Positions 8,622 through 19,558 of a stretch of 64,000 bases of DNA are shown here, in pieces; position 1 is the stretch's first letter, and every line of letters begins with the position of its first letter. This stretch comes from an uncultured Candidatus Woesearchaeota archaeon. GTDB taxonomy: Archaea > Nanobdellota > Nanobdellia > Woesearchaeales > B29-G15. The position numbers and the translations under genes were made by a program. Where the stretch lies: positions 6,847-70,846 of the forward strand of contig CAIWSB010000055.1 of NCBI GenBank assembly GCA_903915225.1, read 5' to 3'. A model generated the notes under the pieces. It saw only the letters and a list, made by a program, of their open reading frames with translations. It was not told where the DNA came from and ran no database searches.

Positions 8622-10156
8622 CTTGCTATCCTCTTGCTTCTCAGTAGGCGGTTGTACTTGATTGCAAACCTGTGGGCCTCATCACGGATGCGGATAATCA
8701 GCCTCATCGCCGGTCCTCTCTTGTCCAGCCGAAGCGGCCGGCTTAGCCCAGGCACAAACACATCCTCCTCTTTTTTGGCAATTGCAATTGCAGGAATCTT
8801 GAGTCCAAGATAACCAAGCTCTTCAAGTGCAGCTGAGAGCTGGCCTTTCCCCCCATCAATGATTATTAGGTCTGGAAGCTGCCTTGCTTCTTGAACCTGG
8901 CGTGAATACCTCCTTCTGACAACTTCTTTTATGCCCTTGAAATCATCAATCCCATCATATGTGCGGAGCTTGAACCTGCGATACCCGGACTTGTCAGGAG
9001 CACCATCCCTGAAGCACACCATCGATGCAACTGAGTTTGTGCCAGAGAGGTGCGAGACATCTAAGCATTCAATCAGGCCAGGGACTCCCTCCAGGTTGAG
9101 CCTGTTCTTCAAATCCAACAAGCCCTCCTCGTGCCCGAAAAAAGAAATCTCAATGTTCTTCTTCACCAAGGCCAGGAGCTTTTCCTTCTCACCAATTTTA
9201 GGGATTGTAACAATAACCGGGCCCTTCCTCTTCATCTCAAGTAGCTGGATAGTGCTTGCATCAATCCCCTCGGGCAGAATCAATTCCCGCGGCACGGGGT
9301 TTTCAGAATAGTACTGTGCGATGAATGAATCCAGGAAATCCGGAACCAAGGCAAACTCAAACTCCCTCTTGTTGTCAAGAATCCCATTCCGGACATTAAA
9401 GACAATAAGATAAACCTTGTTATCCCGAATGATGTAATTGAGGATATCCTCATTGAAGCTCTTCACGCGCTCCATGTTCTGCTTCTCGGAAAGAACCTCT
9501 AGCGCACTCAGCTGGTCGCGTAGCTCAATTGCAGCCTCAAACCTCTTCTCTCGGGACGCAGCTGCCATCTCCTTTTTCAGCTCGGAAATCAGCTCATCAG
9601 TCCTGCCTGAAAGAACCATTGCTGCGCGCTTAACCTTTTCTGCATACTCCTCTTTTGAAACAAGGCCAATGCAGGGTGCGCTGCAAAGCTTCAGATGCTG
9701 CCGAAGGCATGCACGCTTCGGGAGGCGCCTGCATGTGCGCACAAGGAAGGCTTTCCTCAGGCTCGCAAGCACACTATCCCTGGTGCTGGCTGAGACAAAA
9801 GGGCCGAAGAGCTTGCCATCCTCTTTTGGGCTCCGCGCAATCAGCAGGCGGGGGAATTCCTCATTAGTTATTACTATATACGCATACCTCTTGGAGTCCT
9901 TCAAGACAACATTATACTTCGGTGAATGCTTCTTTATGAGGTTGTTCTCCAGAAGAAGGGCCTCGACCTCGCTGTCTGTCACAATGAAATCAGCGCTTGA
10001 AATATTGCTTATAAGCTGGGCTGTCTTTGCGTCATGGGGCCTTCCAGAATAATAGCTTGAAACTCGTTTCTTAAGGTTCTTGGCCTTGCCTACATAAATC
10101 ACATTGCCAGAACTATCCTTGAAAAGGTAACACCCTGGGTTCTCTGGAAAATTCAT
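8618..10156 (-). CDS. uvrC: excinuclease ABC subunit C, lacking the C-terminal HhH domain
   Basis: GIY-YIG (GCY...YVGKAKNL), [18 protein letters not shown]. Confidence 0.97.
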   Translation of the reverse strand: MNFPENPGCYLFKDSSGNVIYVGKAKNLKKRVSSYYSGRPHDAKTAQLISNISSADFIVTDSEVEALLLENNLIKKHSPKYNVVLKDSKRYAYIVITNEEFPRLLIARSPKEDGKLFGPFVSASTRDSVLASLRKAFLVRTCRRLPKRACLRQHLKLCSAPCIGLVSKEEYAEKVKRAAMVLSGRTDELISELKKEMAAASREKRFEAAIELRDQLSALEVLSEKQNMERVKSFNEDILNYIIRDNKVYLIVFNVRNGILDNKREFEFALVPDFLDSFIAQYYSENPVPRELILPEGIDASTIQLLEMKRKGPVIVTIPKIGEKEKLLALVKKNIEISFFGHEEGLLDLKNRLNLEGVPGLIECLDVSHLSGTNSVASMVCFRDGAPDKSGYRRFKLRTYDGIDDFKGIKEVVRRRYSRQVQEARQLPDLIIIDGGKGQLSAALEELGYLGLKIPAIAIAKKEEDVFVPGLSRPLRLDKRGPAMRLIIRIRDEAHRFAIKYNRLLRSKRIAR

Positions 10157-12948
10157 TTTAGCAATTGTTTTAGGAACTCCCCTGTATATGATGAAGTGTT
10201 CCTGGCGACTTCCTCTGGAGTGCCTGAGGCAATTATTCTCCCGCCCTCATCCCCGCCCTCTGGCCCGAGGTCGATTATATGGTCTGCTGATTTGATTACA
10301 TCAAGGTTATGCTCTATCACAACAACTGTGTTGCCCTTGTCAACAAGATCGTTCAGCACCTTAATCAGTTTTTTCACATCATGGAAATGAAGGCCAGTTG
10401 TGGGCTCATCCAGTAGGTAAAGCGTCCTGCCTGTTGCGTGCTTTGAGAGCTCCCTTGTGAGCTTTATCCTTTGAGCCTCGCCCCCTGAGAGCGTGGTAGA
10501 GCTCTGCCCGAGCTTGATGTACTCCAGCCCGACTCTGGAAAGGGTTTCCAGCTTGCGGCTGATTGAGGGGATGTTTTCAAACAGCAAAAGCGCTTCCTCA
10601 ACGCTCATGCCAAGGACATCTGCAATGGATTTGCCCTTGTACTTGATTTCCAAGGTCTCATTGTTGTAGCGCCTGCCCTTGCACTCCTCGCACTCCACAT
10701 AGACATCAGGGAGGAAGTTCATCTCAATCTTTATGAGCCCATCACCATCGCATGCCTCGCACCTTCCACCTGAGACATTGAATGAGAACCTGCCTGGCTT
10801 GAAGCCGCGAATCTTCGCCTCCTTGACCTGGACGAATATCATCCTAATCTCATCGAAAAGCTTAGTGTATGTTGCGGGGTTGCTACGAGGCGTGCGGCCA
10901 ATTGGGCTTTGGTCAATCACAATCACCTTGTCAATGTCGCCAAGATTGATGCTGTCATGTGCCCCTGCAACCACCTTTGGATTGTAGAGCTTTTTCTGCA
11001 GCCCTTTGTAAAGTATCTCGTAAATCAGAGTGGATTTGCCAGAGCCGGAGACACCAGTGACAAGTGTCAATGTGCCGATTGGTATTTTCACGTCAAGCCC
11101 TTTTAGGTTGTTCTCCCGAGCTCCCTTTATTTCAATGAAGCCATTTGGCTCCCTTCTTGATTTCGGAATCGGGATGCTGAGTTTGCCTGAAAGGTACTGG
11201 CCTGTGAGCGAGGCCTTGTTTGCCTCAATCTGTTTTGGCGTACCTTCTGCAACAACCCTTCCGCCGTGAATCCCCGCCCCAGGACCCATGTCAACAACCC
11301 AGTCAGCCTTTCTTATCGTGTCCTCATCATGCTCAACTACAATTAGGGTGTTGCCAATGTCGCGGAGCCTATGAAGAGTGTTTATCAGCTTCTGGTTGTC
11401 CTTCTGATGCAAACCTATTGAGGGCTCGTCAAGAATGTATAGGACGCCCATGAGGTTTGAGCCTATCTGCGTTGCCAGGCGAATCCTCTGCGCCTCGCCC
11501 CCTGAGAGCGTGCCTGCATTCCTGGAGAGTGTCAGGTAATCAAGCCCGACACGTGAAAGGAACCCAAGCCGTTCTTTTATCTCCTTGAGAATCTGCTTTG
11601 CAATCTCCTGCTGCTTTTCAGTGAGTTTTAGGTTTTCAAAAAATGATATGCTGGCCTTGATTGGGAGATTTGTTACATCAATTATTGACTTGCCGCCAAC
11701 TGTGACTGCGAGAACCTTCTCTTTCAATCTCTTGCCATTGCATTTCGGGCAGGCTGACACGCGCATCAGTTTCTCAAGCTCCTGCCTGCGGTACTCAGAC
11801 TGCGTCTGGTGGTATAAGCGCTCTGCCTGCGGGAGGAGCCCTTCCCAGCTCCCGTTGTGGCTCCAGTTTACCTCGCCATCCCGCATTGTCATGTCAAACT
11901 TAATCTTATCCTCAGAGCCGAACATCAATGCCTTATACTGTTCCGGAGTCAGGGCAGAAATCGGCGTGAGGGGGGTGTATTTGAAGTGCTTTGCAATTGC
12001 AGCAAGGTACTGGCCGCGCCAGCCGTCAACCGCATTCCTGTACATTGCAACTGCGCCATCTGCAATGCTCCTCGATTTGTCTGGTATTATTAGGTCAGGG
12101 TCAAACTCCATCTTTATGCCAAGCCCCGAGCACTCCTCGCATGCCCCGAACGGTGAATTGAATGAGAACATCCTGGGCTGGAGCTCCTCGAATGCAATCC
12201 CACACTTCGGGCATGCCATCTTTGCTGAGAAGACGTGCTCCTTGCCGGAATCATCAAGCACAATCACAAGCCCCTCGGATTTTGCGAGCGCCCCTTCAAC
12301 TGCCTCAACAAGCCTTGAGTGCTCGCCCGTGTCTATCCTGTCAATCACAATCTCAATGTCATGCTTCTTATACCTGTCAAGGCTCACCTTCTCATCTGTG
12401 CGCTGAACCTTGCCGTTAACACGGACACGTGTGTAGCCCTCTTTGCCCAAGTCCTCAATCAGCTTCTCATACGTGCCTTTTTTCTGCCTGACTACAGGCG
12501 CAAGTATTGTCGCCTTGCCCTTGATCTCGGCTATTTTCTGGGCAATCCTTTCAGGGGACTGGGCCTCTATTGGTATCTTATGGACAGGGCAATGGGGAAT
12601 TCCTATGCGCGCAAAGAGGAGCCTTAGGTAGTCATAAACTTCAGTGACTGTGCCAACTGTGCTTCTCGGGTTCTTGCTGGTTGTCTTCTGCTCAATTGAG
12701 ATTGCAGGCGATAGCCCTTCTATTGAATCAACGTCAGGCTTGTTCATCAGCCCGAGAAACTGCCTTGCATATGCCGAGAGCGACTCAACATAACGGCGCT
12801 GTCCCTCTGCATACAGTGTGTCAAATGCCAGAGTTGACTTGCCGGAACCAGATAGGCCGGTGAGGACAATGAACTTATCCCTCGGGAGGCTAATGCTTAT
12901 GTTCTTCAGGTTGTGTTCCCGCGCCCCCCTAATAACTATGTCCTTCAT
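10153..12948 (-). CDS. uvrA: excinuclease ABC subunit A
   Basis: GAREHNLKN, two Walker A ([16 protein letters not shown]), two LSGGEAQR, zinc fingers; ATG at 12948. Confidence 0.98.
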   Translation of the reverse strand: MKDIVIRGAREHNLKNISISLPRDKFIVLTGLSGSGKSTLAFDTLYAEGQRRYVESLSAYARQFLGLMNKPDVDSIEGLSPAISIEQKTTSKNPRSTVGTVTEVYDYLRLLFARIGIPHCPVHKIPIEAQSPERIAQKIAEIKGKATILAPVVRQKKGTYEKLIEDLGKEGYTRVRVNGKVQRTDEKVSLDRYKKHDIEIVIDRIDTGEHSRLVEAVEGALAKSEGLVIVLDDSGKEHVFSAKMACPKCGIAFEELQPRMFSFNSPFGACEECSGLGIKMEFDPDLIIPDKSRSIADGAVAMYRNAVDGWRGQYLAAIAKHFKYTPLTPISALTPEQYKALMFGSEDKIKFDMTMRDGEVNWSHNGSWEGLLPQAERLYHQTQSEYRRQELEKLMRVSACPKCNGKRLKEKVLAVTVGGKSIIDVTNLPIKASISFFENLKLTEKQQEIAKQILKEIKERLGFLSRVGLDYLTLSRNAGTLSGGEAQRIRLATQIGSNLMGVLYILDEPSIGLHQKDNQKLINTLHRLRDIGNTLIVVEHDEDTIRKADWVVDMGPGAGIHGGRVVAEGTPKQIEANKASLTGQYLSGKLSIPIPKSRREPNGFIEIKGARENNLKGLDVKIPIGTLTLVTGVSGSGKSTLIYEILYKGLQKKLYNPKVVAGAHDSINLGDIDKVIVIDQSPIGRTPRSNPATYTKLFDEIRMIFVQVKEAKIRGFKPGRFSFNVSGGRCEACDGDGLIKIEMNFLPDVYVECEECKGRRYNNETLEIKYKGKSIADVLGMSVEEALLLFENIPSISRKLETLSRVGLEYIKLGQSSTTLSGGEAQRIKLTRELSKHATGRTLYLLDEPTTGLHFHDVKKLIKVLNDLVDKGNTVVVIEHNLDVIKSADHIIDLGPEGGDEGGRIIASGTPEEVARNTSSYTGEFLKQLLK

Positions 12949-13074
12949 AACCCTGCTGAGAGAAAACAGCACTTTAAAAAGCTATCCACAACCCCTGTCC
13001 AGTGGGCTTAGTGCGATGACAAAACCAGACGAGCGAGGCCCTTATCCAAACAAATTAATGGTAAACAAAAGAAA

Positions 13075-13839
13075 TTATTGCCCCTTATACCGTACAGTTA
13101 TATCCCCTGCTGTTGTCCGCAGGGTCAAAGAGCCCCATGATTGGACATTAGGGGGAACATACCTTCCATGCCCCTTTGAAAGCATCCCTTCCACGCTAAT
13201 CTTTCCGCAGGAGGTTCCAGCGCTCACTGCAACAGGGGTAAGAAGGGTGATTGAAATATCGCCAGCGGTTGTCCTCAAGTACCCTTTGTGGGCAACATCG
13301 CCCGTGATATCCCCTGCTGTTGTCTCAATATCCAAATCCAATTCAAGGTCTGACTTTGGAGCTGAAATATCCCCGTTCAACCTCTCAACAGAGAGCCTCC
13401 CATCCTTATATGAAGGCTCTGCATTTGTCTTCCCTTTTACATAGACCTTGCCATCATCAGAAAGCCCAAGGCGCACATCATTGGATACCCCTCGAACTTC
13501 CAATCTCCTCACGCCCTCATAGCCCTTGTCTACCTCAACCTCAAGGTCGCTTCCATTGAAGGACACAGAGCCATTTGATATGCTTACACCGCTGATAATT
13601 ACTGAGCCGCCGGTACGGATATGAGAGCCAATGCTGACTCGGCCTGCGTAACCGCCATAGTGGACAGTTGTGCCCCCTATTTCAAGGATTCCATTTGAGG
13701 GCATATCATTTATTTCAACCTCACCTGAGCTAGAAACAACTGCATATTTTTTGCCATCTGGTGTGATTGCAATATTGTTGATTATGCTTGCACCATCAAA
13801 CTCCCTGGGGAGCCTTACGCCGTTTATTTTTGTCTTCAT
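13075..13839 (-). CDS. DUF4097/adhesin-like beta-strand repeat protein
   Basis: Repeated TTAGDI(T/S) motifs and Gly/Ser-rich beta repeats. Confidence 0.7.
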   Translation of the reverse strand: MKTKINGVRLPREFDGASIINNIAITPDGKKYAVVSSSGEVEINDMPSNGILEIGGTTVHYGGYAGRVSIGSHIRTGGSVIISGVSISNGSVSFNGSDLEVEVDKGYEGVRRLEVRGVSNDVRLGLSDDGKVYVKGKTNAEPSYKDGRLSVERLNGDISAPKSDLELDLDIETTAGDITGDVAHKGYLRTTAGDISITLLTPVAVSAGTSCGKISVEGMLSKGHGRYVPPNVQSWGSLTLRTTAGDITVRYKGQ

Positions 13840-14357
13840 TTTATCTTCGCAACCTGCACCCTAATGTCTTTAACTTCCTCTGAAATGTCTCTTCTGGTAT
13901 GCAAATATTGATCAAGCAGATTGACATAATGCTCTGCCTGACGAATGCTCTGCTCAGCACAGGTTGGATTCCCCTGGCTGACATATTCCCAGGCCCATTT
14001 CAATTCTCGCATAATGCCTGCATTGAATCCAATCTCCCTGATATCTTTGACCTTTTCCGCAATATCTTGCTGGATATAACCGGCATAATCCAATATGTAG
14101 CCCAAAACCATTTCCATGGATGCAGCACTCCCCAGCAAGGCCAGCCTGCGGACCTCTTTGAGCCCATTTGCAACAGCAATTGGATACCCTGTTTTCTTTA
14201 TTACAGCTACCCTTGTAGTAATATCTTTACCAACTCTCCTGGCAAATCCCTGCGCGACAGATAAGCCAATTTCCATATCTCTGGCATTGCCTTGCAGGGC
14301 GTATCCCTCTGCCTGCTTGAGGTTCCCTTCAATCTCCTGCTCAAGTGTGAATACCAT
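13836..14357 (-). CDS. hypothetical helical-repeat protein
   Basis: Three ~53-aa repeats LKxxxxxxxxG...DIxxxVxxI. Confidence 0.75.
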   Translation of the reverse strand: MVFTLEQEIEGNLKQAEGYALQGNARDMEIGLSVAQGFARRVGKDITTRVAVIKKTGYPIAVANGLKEVRRLALLGSAASMEMVLGYILDYAGYIQQDIAEKVKDIREIGFNAGIMRELKWAWEYVSQGNPTCAEQSIRQAEHYVNLLDQYLHTRRDISEEVKDIRVQVAKIK

Positions 14358-14362
14358 TTCAA

Positions 14363-14617
14363 TTACCTGTTCCTGTACACCTTAATGGCGGTGGCTACGA
14401 GTGCGACCAGCCCGCCAACACCAGCACCTACGTCGGCGCCCACAAATGCTGAGGCTCCATCAACTGCATATTTTATTGCAGCAGGGGCTTCCTTCAAAAC
14501 TGGAAAATAATGATTGCATGCTTCACCAAAGAAAACACCGCCCACTACACCGGCTGCGATACCCGCGCCAAAAACAAGGGCATAATTTCTTATTAAATGT
14601 TGATTTCTTCCTATCAT
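14363..14617 (-). CDS. small glycine-rich two-TM membrane protein
   Basis: Two hydrophobic GxxxG-rich segments; co-oriented with neighbours. Confidence 0.65.
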   Translation of the reverse strand: MIGRNQHLIRNYALVFGAGIAAGVVGGVFFGEACNHYFPVLKEAPAAIKYAVDGASAFVGADVGAGVGGLVALVATAIKVYRNR

Positions 14618-14627
14618 TTTTATTACC

Positions 14628-15092
14628 TCACAAGAGCTTTAAAAGTTCAGCCCGGCTTCTATCTGACGCATTCAGCGCTACCAGTGTTATCTTCCCTCTG
14701 ACGTATTTTTCAGCTTCAGGGGAATGGCGTGAGAATTTATGCGCAGCGAACAGCATGCATAATCTGGAGTCCTCAAATAGAAACTCCTGAGCCTGGTCTG
14801 CTGCCATCATGCCCAAAATGCCGGTTGTGTCATTGTCACCCAGCTCCATTGCTACCTCGTAAAGGGCACGGAATCCTATTAACCTGTCGTCTGAAAAAGG
14901 GGAGCTGGAAACCGCATCATATGCTGATTGGACCAGTGAAGCGAGGCGCTCACGGCCAAGCTGCTCATTATCCAACGCCTTATAGGCCAGCATTGCATTT
15001 ACCATGCATTTGCAAGTGGACTCAATATAGGGCTGGTGCTCCATGCCTTTTTCCCATCTTTTCCCAACTGCCAATAATTCTTCCTGTAACAT
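14628..15092 (-). CDS. hypothetical helical protein, paralog of 27756..28241
   Basis: GKRWE, LGxxxLxSLxQxA and ADQA shared. Confidence 0.75.
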   Translation of the reverse strand: MLQEELLAVGKRWEKGMEHQPYIESTCKCMVNAMLAYKALDNEQLGRERLASLVQSAYDAVSSSPFSDDRLIGFRALYEVAMELGDNDTTGILGMMAADQAQEFLFEDSRLCMLFAAHKFSRHSPEAEKYVRGKITLVALNASDRSRAELLKLL

Positions 15093-15094
15093 TT

Positions 15095-15595
15095 TCAACA
15101 CCTCTGGACATGCCCGCCATTTCCTTGCACATACTGCTTGGCTGCCGCAAGTGTCCTATCAAGAGCTGTCTGTTTTTCCTTCAGCTCATATTGCTTCTCA
15201 ACTGCCTCAAATAAAGCCCTAACAGGGGCGGGGAAACTCCCATCATCCCGGATGATGGTCCTTACTTCATTGCCCTCAACAACCAACAGCTGCCAAAGAG
15301 TCAACCTGTATCTTCCAGTGGTTTGCAGCCTACTTCTCGGGGCACTTGCATCCGAACATGTGACCGGGTCATTCACCCATTCAGAATGCCCGAACACGGC
15401 AATATCTAAAGTAATATCATCTGGCAATTTAACCTCGCACGCATATGCCGGGCCGATTGAACCAAGAGTCATGTCAGCTATAAGGTACCATTCTGGATTT
15501 GCCTTCTTCAAAATATCATCAACAAGAGTTGGCGGCAAATCTTGTATGGGGGTTGTGTCCCGCGTCAATTCCTCAAGCGTAATTTGGGTAAGCAT
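15095..15595 (-). CDS. hypothetical PAYAC-family protein, copy 1
   Basis: NPEW...PAYACEVKLPDDITLD...WQLLV; GGTGATTGAAATG start. Confidence 0.8.
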   Translation of the reverse strand: MLTQITLEELTRDTTPIQDLPPTLVDDILKKANPEWYLIADMTLGSIGPAYACEVKLPDDITLDIAVFGHSEWVNDPVTCSDASAPRSRLQTTGRYRLTLWQLLVVEGNEVRTIIRDDGSFPAPVRALFEAVEKQYELKEKQTALDRTLAAAKQYVQGNGGHVQRC

Positions 15596-15600
15596 TTCAA

Positions 15601-16386
15601 TCACCTAGTTCCCTTTGATTTTTGCACACGTGATGATTCAGTCACAGGCAATGGCCTTTCGAGATTGGCCTCTGGGCTCTCATTCCAGCGAGCCCGTGTC
15701 TTGCCCTGCGGGTCATCAAAGTGCTTATTGTCCTCATTGAAGCAATGAACATAACCCTCCTCAATGAATCTCCTCATTGAAGTATAGAGGCAGGATTCAG
15801 TCACGAACTTGTACTTGCCTGCCTGGACCAGCCGATTCAATAAATCAACATCCTCCATAACCCTCAAATCCTCGCGGAACAATTTGCCTTCCGGGAGCTC
15901 AACGCGCTTTCCCAAATCTCGAGTTAAGAACATAAATGCGCCGGCACCGTTCTGGCCCTTGCCTACCTTTTCTGCCTGCCTGCTCACGTGCTCAACATAC
16001 CAGCACCATATGACCGCCCGCAGGCGATGGTCATCCGAAGGCCTTATCTTTGCTTTGCCGCAGTCATATCCTCGAGAGCAAAGCTTGGCCACTGTTTCAA
16101 GAAGGTTTGGCGCTGCGCGGCTGTCTGAATCCATGAAAGCAACAATGTCGCCCTTTGAAGCAGCATAGCCAATGTTTCGGGCGTGGGAGATGCCCTGCAC
16201 TGGCGTCTCTATAACCTGGTCTGCAAACATACTGGCGACCTCTGCGGTCTTATCAGTGCAAGCGTTGGGCACGACAATAACCTCAAGATTACCATATTTC
16301 TGCGTCCTTAGAGAAAGAATCGCATCTCCTACATAATTCGCTTCGTTGTAAGCTGGCAGCACTACTGATATCAATGGCTTATTCAT
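15601..16386 (-). CDS. glycosyltransferase family 2
   Basis: ISVVLPAYNE, FMDSD, MEDVDL, TSMRR. Confidence 0.92.
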   Translation of the reverse strand: MNKPLISVVLPAYNEANYVGDAILSLRTQKYGNLEVIVVPNACTDKTAEVASMFADQVIETPVQGISHARNIGYAASKGDIVAFMDSDSRAAPNLLETVAKLCSRGYDCGKAKIRPSDDHRLRAVIWCWYVEHVSRQAEKVGKGQNGAGAFMFLTRDLGKRVELPEGKLFREDLRVMEDVDLLNRLVQAGKYKFVTESCLYTSMRRFIEEGYVHCFNEDNKHFDDPQGKTRARWNESPEANLERPLPVTESSRVQKSKGTR

Positions 16387-16428
16387 CGAGAACCTGAATT
16401 AAGGGGGATTTATAAAGATTACGATTTT

Positions 16429-16448
16429 TGACTACTTTTTAATAGTCA
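16429..16448. promoter_or_regulatory. 8-4-8 palindrome, site 2
   Basis: TGACTACT-TTTT-AATAGTCA, 14 bp from TTTATAAA; overlaps the stop of the upstream GT2. Confidence 0.65.
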
Positions 16449-17208
16449 CAAACTCTGATTGCTGTGCCCCTCCAGAAACCTGCTCAGCGGGTTGCGGCTT
16501 CTGATTCCAGCGCGCCCGAGTTTTCCCAACGGGGTTGGCACAGTGGATAGTATCTTCAATAAGGCATTTGAAATATCCTTCTTCGATAAAACGCCTCATG
16601 GAGGTGTAAAGGCATGACTCGGTTATGAACTTGTACTTGCCTGCCTTTGCCATTCGGCCCAGCAAATCCACGTCCTCCATAACCATTAGGTCCTCCCTAA
16701 ACAATGTGCCATCGGGAAGCTCAATCCTTTTCCCCAAATCGCGCGTCAGGAATATGAAGGCACCGGCACCGGATGTTGCACCGGAGTTGTGTTCAGCCCT
16801 CCTGCTTATTAACTCTGAATACCAGGTGAAGAGCAGTGCCCTCAACCTGGGATCATCTGACGGCCGGATCTTGGCCTTGCCGCAGTTGTACCCCTGCTTA
16901 TACAGTTGGGCAACTGTCTCAAGAAGGTTTGGCGCTGCGAGGCTGTCTGCATCCATGAATGCAACAACATCACCGTTTGCAAAAGAATAGCCGAGGTTTT
17001 TGGCGTGAGAGATGCCCTTAACTGGCGTCTCTATAACTTGGTCCGCAACACTTTTCGCAACATTGGCTGTGTTGTCTGTGCAGGCGTTTGCAACAACAAT
17101 TGTCTCGAGCTTATCATAGCCTTGCTGCCTGAGGGAATTTACCGCATCTGCAATATAGTCCCTCTCATTGTAAGCTGGAAGTACAACTGATATCAAAGGC
17201 CCATCCAT
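16432..17208 (-). CDS. glycosyltransferase family 2, tandem paralog
   Basis: ISVVLPAYNE, FMDAD; highly similar to 15601..16386. Confidence 0.92.
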   Translation of the reverse strand: MDGPLISVVLPAYNERDYIADAVNSLRQQGYDKLETIVVANACTDNTANVAKSVADQVIETPVKGISHAKNLGYSFANGDVVAFMDADSLAAPNLLETVAQLYKQGYNCGKAKIRPSDDPRLRALLFTWYSELISRRAEHNSGATSGAGAFIFLTRDLGKRIELPDGTLFREDLMVMEDVDLLGRMAKAGKYKFITESCLYTSMRRFIEEGYFKCLIEDTIHCANPVGKTRARWNQKPQPAEQVSGGAQQSEFVTIKK

Positions 17209-17250
17209 AGACGCCTTGAATTTGGGGAAATTTATAAATGTTTCTTATTT

Positions 17251-17270
17251 TAACTACTATTAAAAGACAA
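17251..17270. promoter_or_regulatory. 8-4-8 palindrome, site 3
   Basis: TAACTACT-ATTA-AAAGACAA, 14 bp from TTTATAAA; distal half weak. Confidence 0.6.
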
Positions 17271-17323
17271 TTACAAAAGGGTTAAAAGGATGATGTGCTT
17301 ATCTGTTGTGGGGGTAAACCAAA

Positions 17324-17644
17324 ATGGCTGAAGTTGATATGAAATTGCTGGAAGATGTAGTGGAAGCCTTGAGAGGAGTAGTCTACGAGCCTGAAGACAA
17401 GGCAGAGCATGTGAGTCTTGTCCCATTGGCAGGAGGGCACGGAATACATGCGCTGACAGAAGGCCCCGGGCACCACAAGGTGAGGGACATATGTGAATAT
17501 GAAGTCCCGCAAGGCCAGGTCTATGTCACCATCAACACGACTGGGTGCATAGGGGGGAGCTTCTCGACATATGCCCTCAAGAGGGTTGAGCCAAGAAAGC
17601 TGGAGCTTGTAGAGAAATATGTCCACAGGACGTCATTCTTCTAA
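17324..17644 (+). CDS. hypothetical protein
   Basis: 106 aa; GGGGT RBS. Confidence 0.65.
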   Translation: MAEVDMKLLEDVVEALRGVVYEPEDKAEHVSLVPLAGGHGIHALTEGPGHHKVRDICEYEVPQGQVYVTINTTGCIGGSFSTYALKRVEPRKLELVEKYVHRTSFF

Positions 17645-17652
17645 TATCACAT

Positions 17653-17677
17653 TCCCTTCTGTCTCTCAGCGAAGGGA
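17653..17677 (+). terminator. possible terminator hairpin
   Basis: TCCCTTC...GAAGGGA directly after a stop codon. Confidence 0.3.
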
Positions 17678-17727
17678 GCAAAATATATATACCAAAAAAT
17701 ACAAATCAAACAAAAAGGTGATGTGAA

Positions 17728-17925
17728 ATGCCAATAAAGAAGGAGTGTAAAAATTTCAAATGCATGTGCCAAGGGGGAGCAACATACGGACTCGGGTTCC
17801 TGGGTGCGGTAATATATTACTTCTCCACTGCGACAGGTTTCTGGATGGGCGTCCTCGGATTCCTAAAGGCCCTGGTCTGGCCAGTGTTCCTGGTGTTTGG
17901 CCTGCTGAAGTTTTTGGGGCTGTAA
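17728..17925 (+). CDS. small membrane protein
   Basis: YGLGFLGA...FWMGVLGFLKALVWP; GGTGA RBS and TATA. Confidence 0.75.
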   Translation: MPIKKECKNFKCMCQGGATYGLGFLGAVIYYFSTATGFWMGVLGFLKALVWPVFLVFGLLKFLGL

Positions 17926-17969
17926 ATCTTTCCCAAGGATATTACCTCTAAGACAGAGGATTGAAAGCC

Positions 17970-18413
17970 TTACTTTATTTCCAAAATCTTCGCTGCTCGC
18001 TCAGGGTCAACCCGGTACGGAGACTCTTTACCCTCATAGAAATGGTGCACATGGATCAAGTGCACTATCCCGCCTGGAAAATTCAGTCTTTCACCAGTCT
18101 GCTGGTTTACGACATACAAATCCATACAGCTGTTTGGCATAAATAACCCACCATCCTGCCACGGGCACTCTTGCCCACCCCGGTATACTGACCCCCCAAC
18201 AAGGTATTTCCCATCAACCAGCACTCCTGATCCTGTGGGATAAGCCACAGCATCAATAAAATACTGGAACCTGGCTGCTATCTTCTTGTGTGTTAAACCC
18301 AGCCTGCGCACGGTCTCATCATCTGCTTTTAAAACATCCTCGAGCTTCTCATTCTCACCCAAGAATCCCCCTTGGGATAGTTTCCCCGGCCTCATGGATT
18401 CCTCTAGACTCAT
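17970..18413 (-). CDS. hypothetical protein
   Basis: 147 aa with GxQxCPW and HHFYEG...YRVDP, possible metal ligands. Confidence 0.75.
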   Translation of the reverse strand: MSLEESMRPGKLSQGGFLGENEKLEDVLKADDETVRRLGLTHKKIAARFQYFIDAVAYPTGSGVLVDGKYLVGGSVYRGGQECPWQDGGLFMPNSCMDLYVVNQQTGERLNFPGGIVHLIHVHHFYEGKESPYRVDPERAAKILEIK

Positions 18414-18973
18414 TCCAACCGCCTCCGTGATGCGCTGAATTTTATGCCATAATCAAAATCAACTGGGAAAATATAGAGCGAACGGTCTCTCACATCAACC
18501 ACAATATCCCTCCAAACAACATTATTACTTTGCCTGGCCTTGATTGGAATGTGAACAACACACTCTATGCCCACCTTTTGAAGGGCCTCCTTTATCCTCC
18601 AGGGAGGGAATTCATGGTTATCCACATGATAAACATGAACAGCCATTACCTGCTCTAAGTCCTTGAAAATCTCCTTTGGGTCCTCAGGGTGAATCTCACC
18701 GTTTGGCCACTCACCTGTAAGAGATAAACAAGGGTCAGATGTGGGGTAGTTGTGCGCCAGCGCCCCAACAAGCCCCATGTCATCCAAGAAAGCAATGCCC
18801 TGGCACGAGTAGTAATTCTCAGAGATAAGAAGCCCGTTTGATGATCTGAGCTCCCCCGGCGGAACAGATGTATGGGGCTGGGCCTTGAGCTCTGCAAACA
18901 CTGCTCTTGGAACTACCTCCTGCGGGAAACCCGATTCTGTAATTGCCCTTATCAAATCATCCTTTGACATCAT
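18410..18973 (-). CDS. hypothetical protein, possible CheD/CNF1-like Cys-His fold
   Basis: SCQGIAFLD...GALAH resembles CheD SCVxVxLYD...GGxAH. Confidence 0.5.
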   Translation of the reverse strand: MMSKDDLIRAITESGFPQEVVPRAVFAELKAQPHTSVPPGELRSSNGLLISENYYSCQGIAFLDDMGLVGALAHNYPTSDPCLSLTGEWPNGEIHPEDPKEIFKDLEQVMAVHVYHVDNHEFPPWRIKEALQKVGIECVVHIPIKARQSNNVVWRDIVVDVRDRSLYIFPVDFDYGIKFSASRRRLE

Positions 18974-19143
18974 CTCACTCTTGAGAGTATTATCTACTCG
19001 AATAAACAACAAATTGCCCCCCTTAATATAGGAGAAAAAACACGCTTAAAAGCCTTTGGGGCTGGCGAGTTGATTGAAAAACACTTACTAATATATTCAA
19101 TACATACCAAATATATATATCCGTTATTATACTAATAAGTTAT

Positions 19144-19551
19144 ATGATAGAACAAAAAATCGCTGAACTACAAAAACAACACGCAGACACATTCGAGATA
19201 ACAGCAGAGAAGGGCTGGCTCAGGATAAAGTCAAAAACGCCAACCTATACCGACCATCCTGCAATAAACGGGCCGGCATACCTAGACTACAACATCAACT
19301 ATGATGACCACCGCCAGCCCGAATATAGCGACATGAGCAGGAATGTCTGGCTGAGAACCAAAGCCGGCAAGGGCTTCATGCATGTGAGCTACTGCGGCGG
19401 ACTGGGAATATGGCAGGTCTCTGAGCTTGGAGAGCCAGTTGCAGCAAGCGACATCAGCAGCGAATCAAAGAGGCTGGTGGAAGACTGGCTCAAGTCAATG
19501 GATGACTACGTGCTGAAGCACATCCCCGGGCTGGAAGAGGCCTTAAAATAG
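19144..19551 (+). CDS. hypothetical protein
   Basis: 135 aa; TATA upstream, probably leaderless. Confidence 0.7.
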   Translation: MIEQKIAELQKQHADTFEITAEKGWLRIKSKTPTYTDHPAINGPAYLDYNINYDDHRQPEYSDMSRNVWLRTKAGKGFMHVSYCGGLGIWQVSELGEPVAASDISSESKRLVEDWLKSMDDYVLKHIPGLEEALK

Positions 19552-19558
19552 GCCTCTT

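Noticed and set aside
6696-12948. Long plus-strand ORFs opposite uvrABC (e.g. 11585..12406, 9438..10052, 7000..7554)
   Set aside because: Antisense shadows of conserved genes, with no motifs or RBS.
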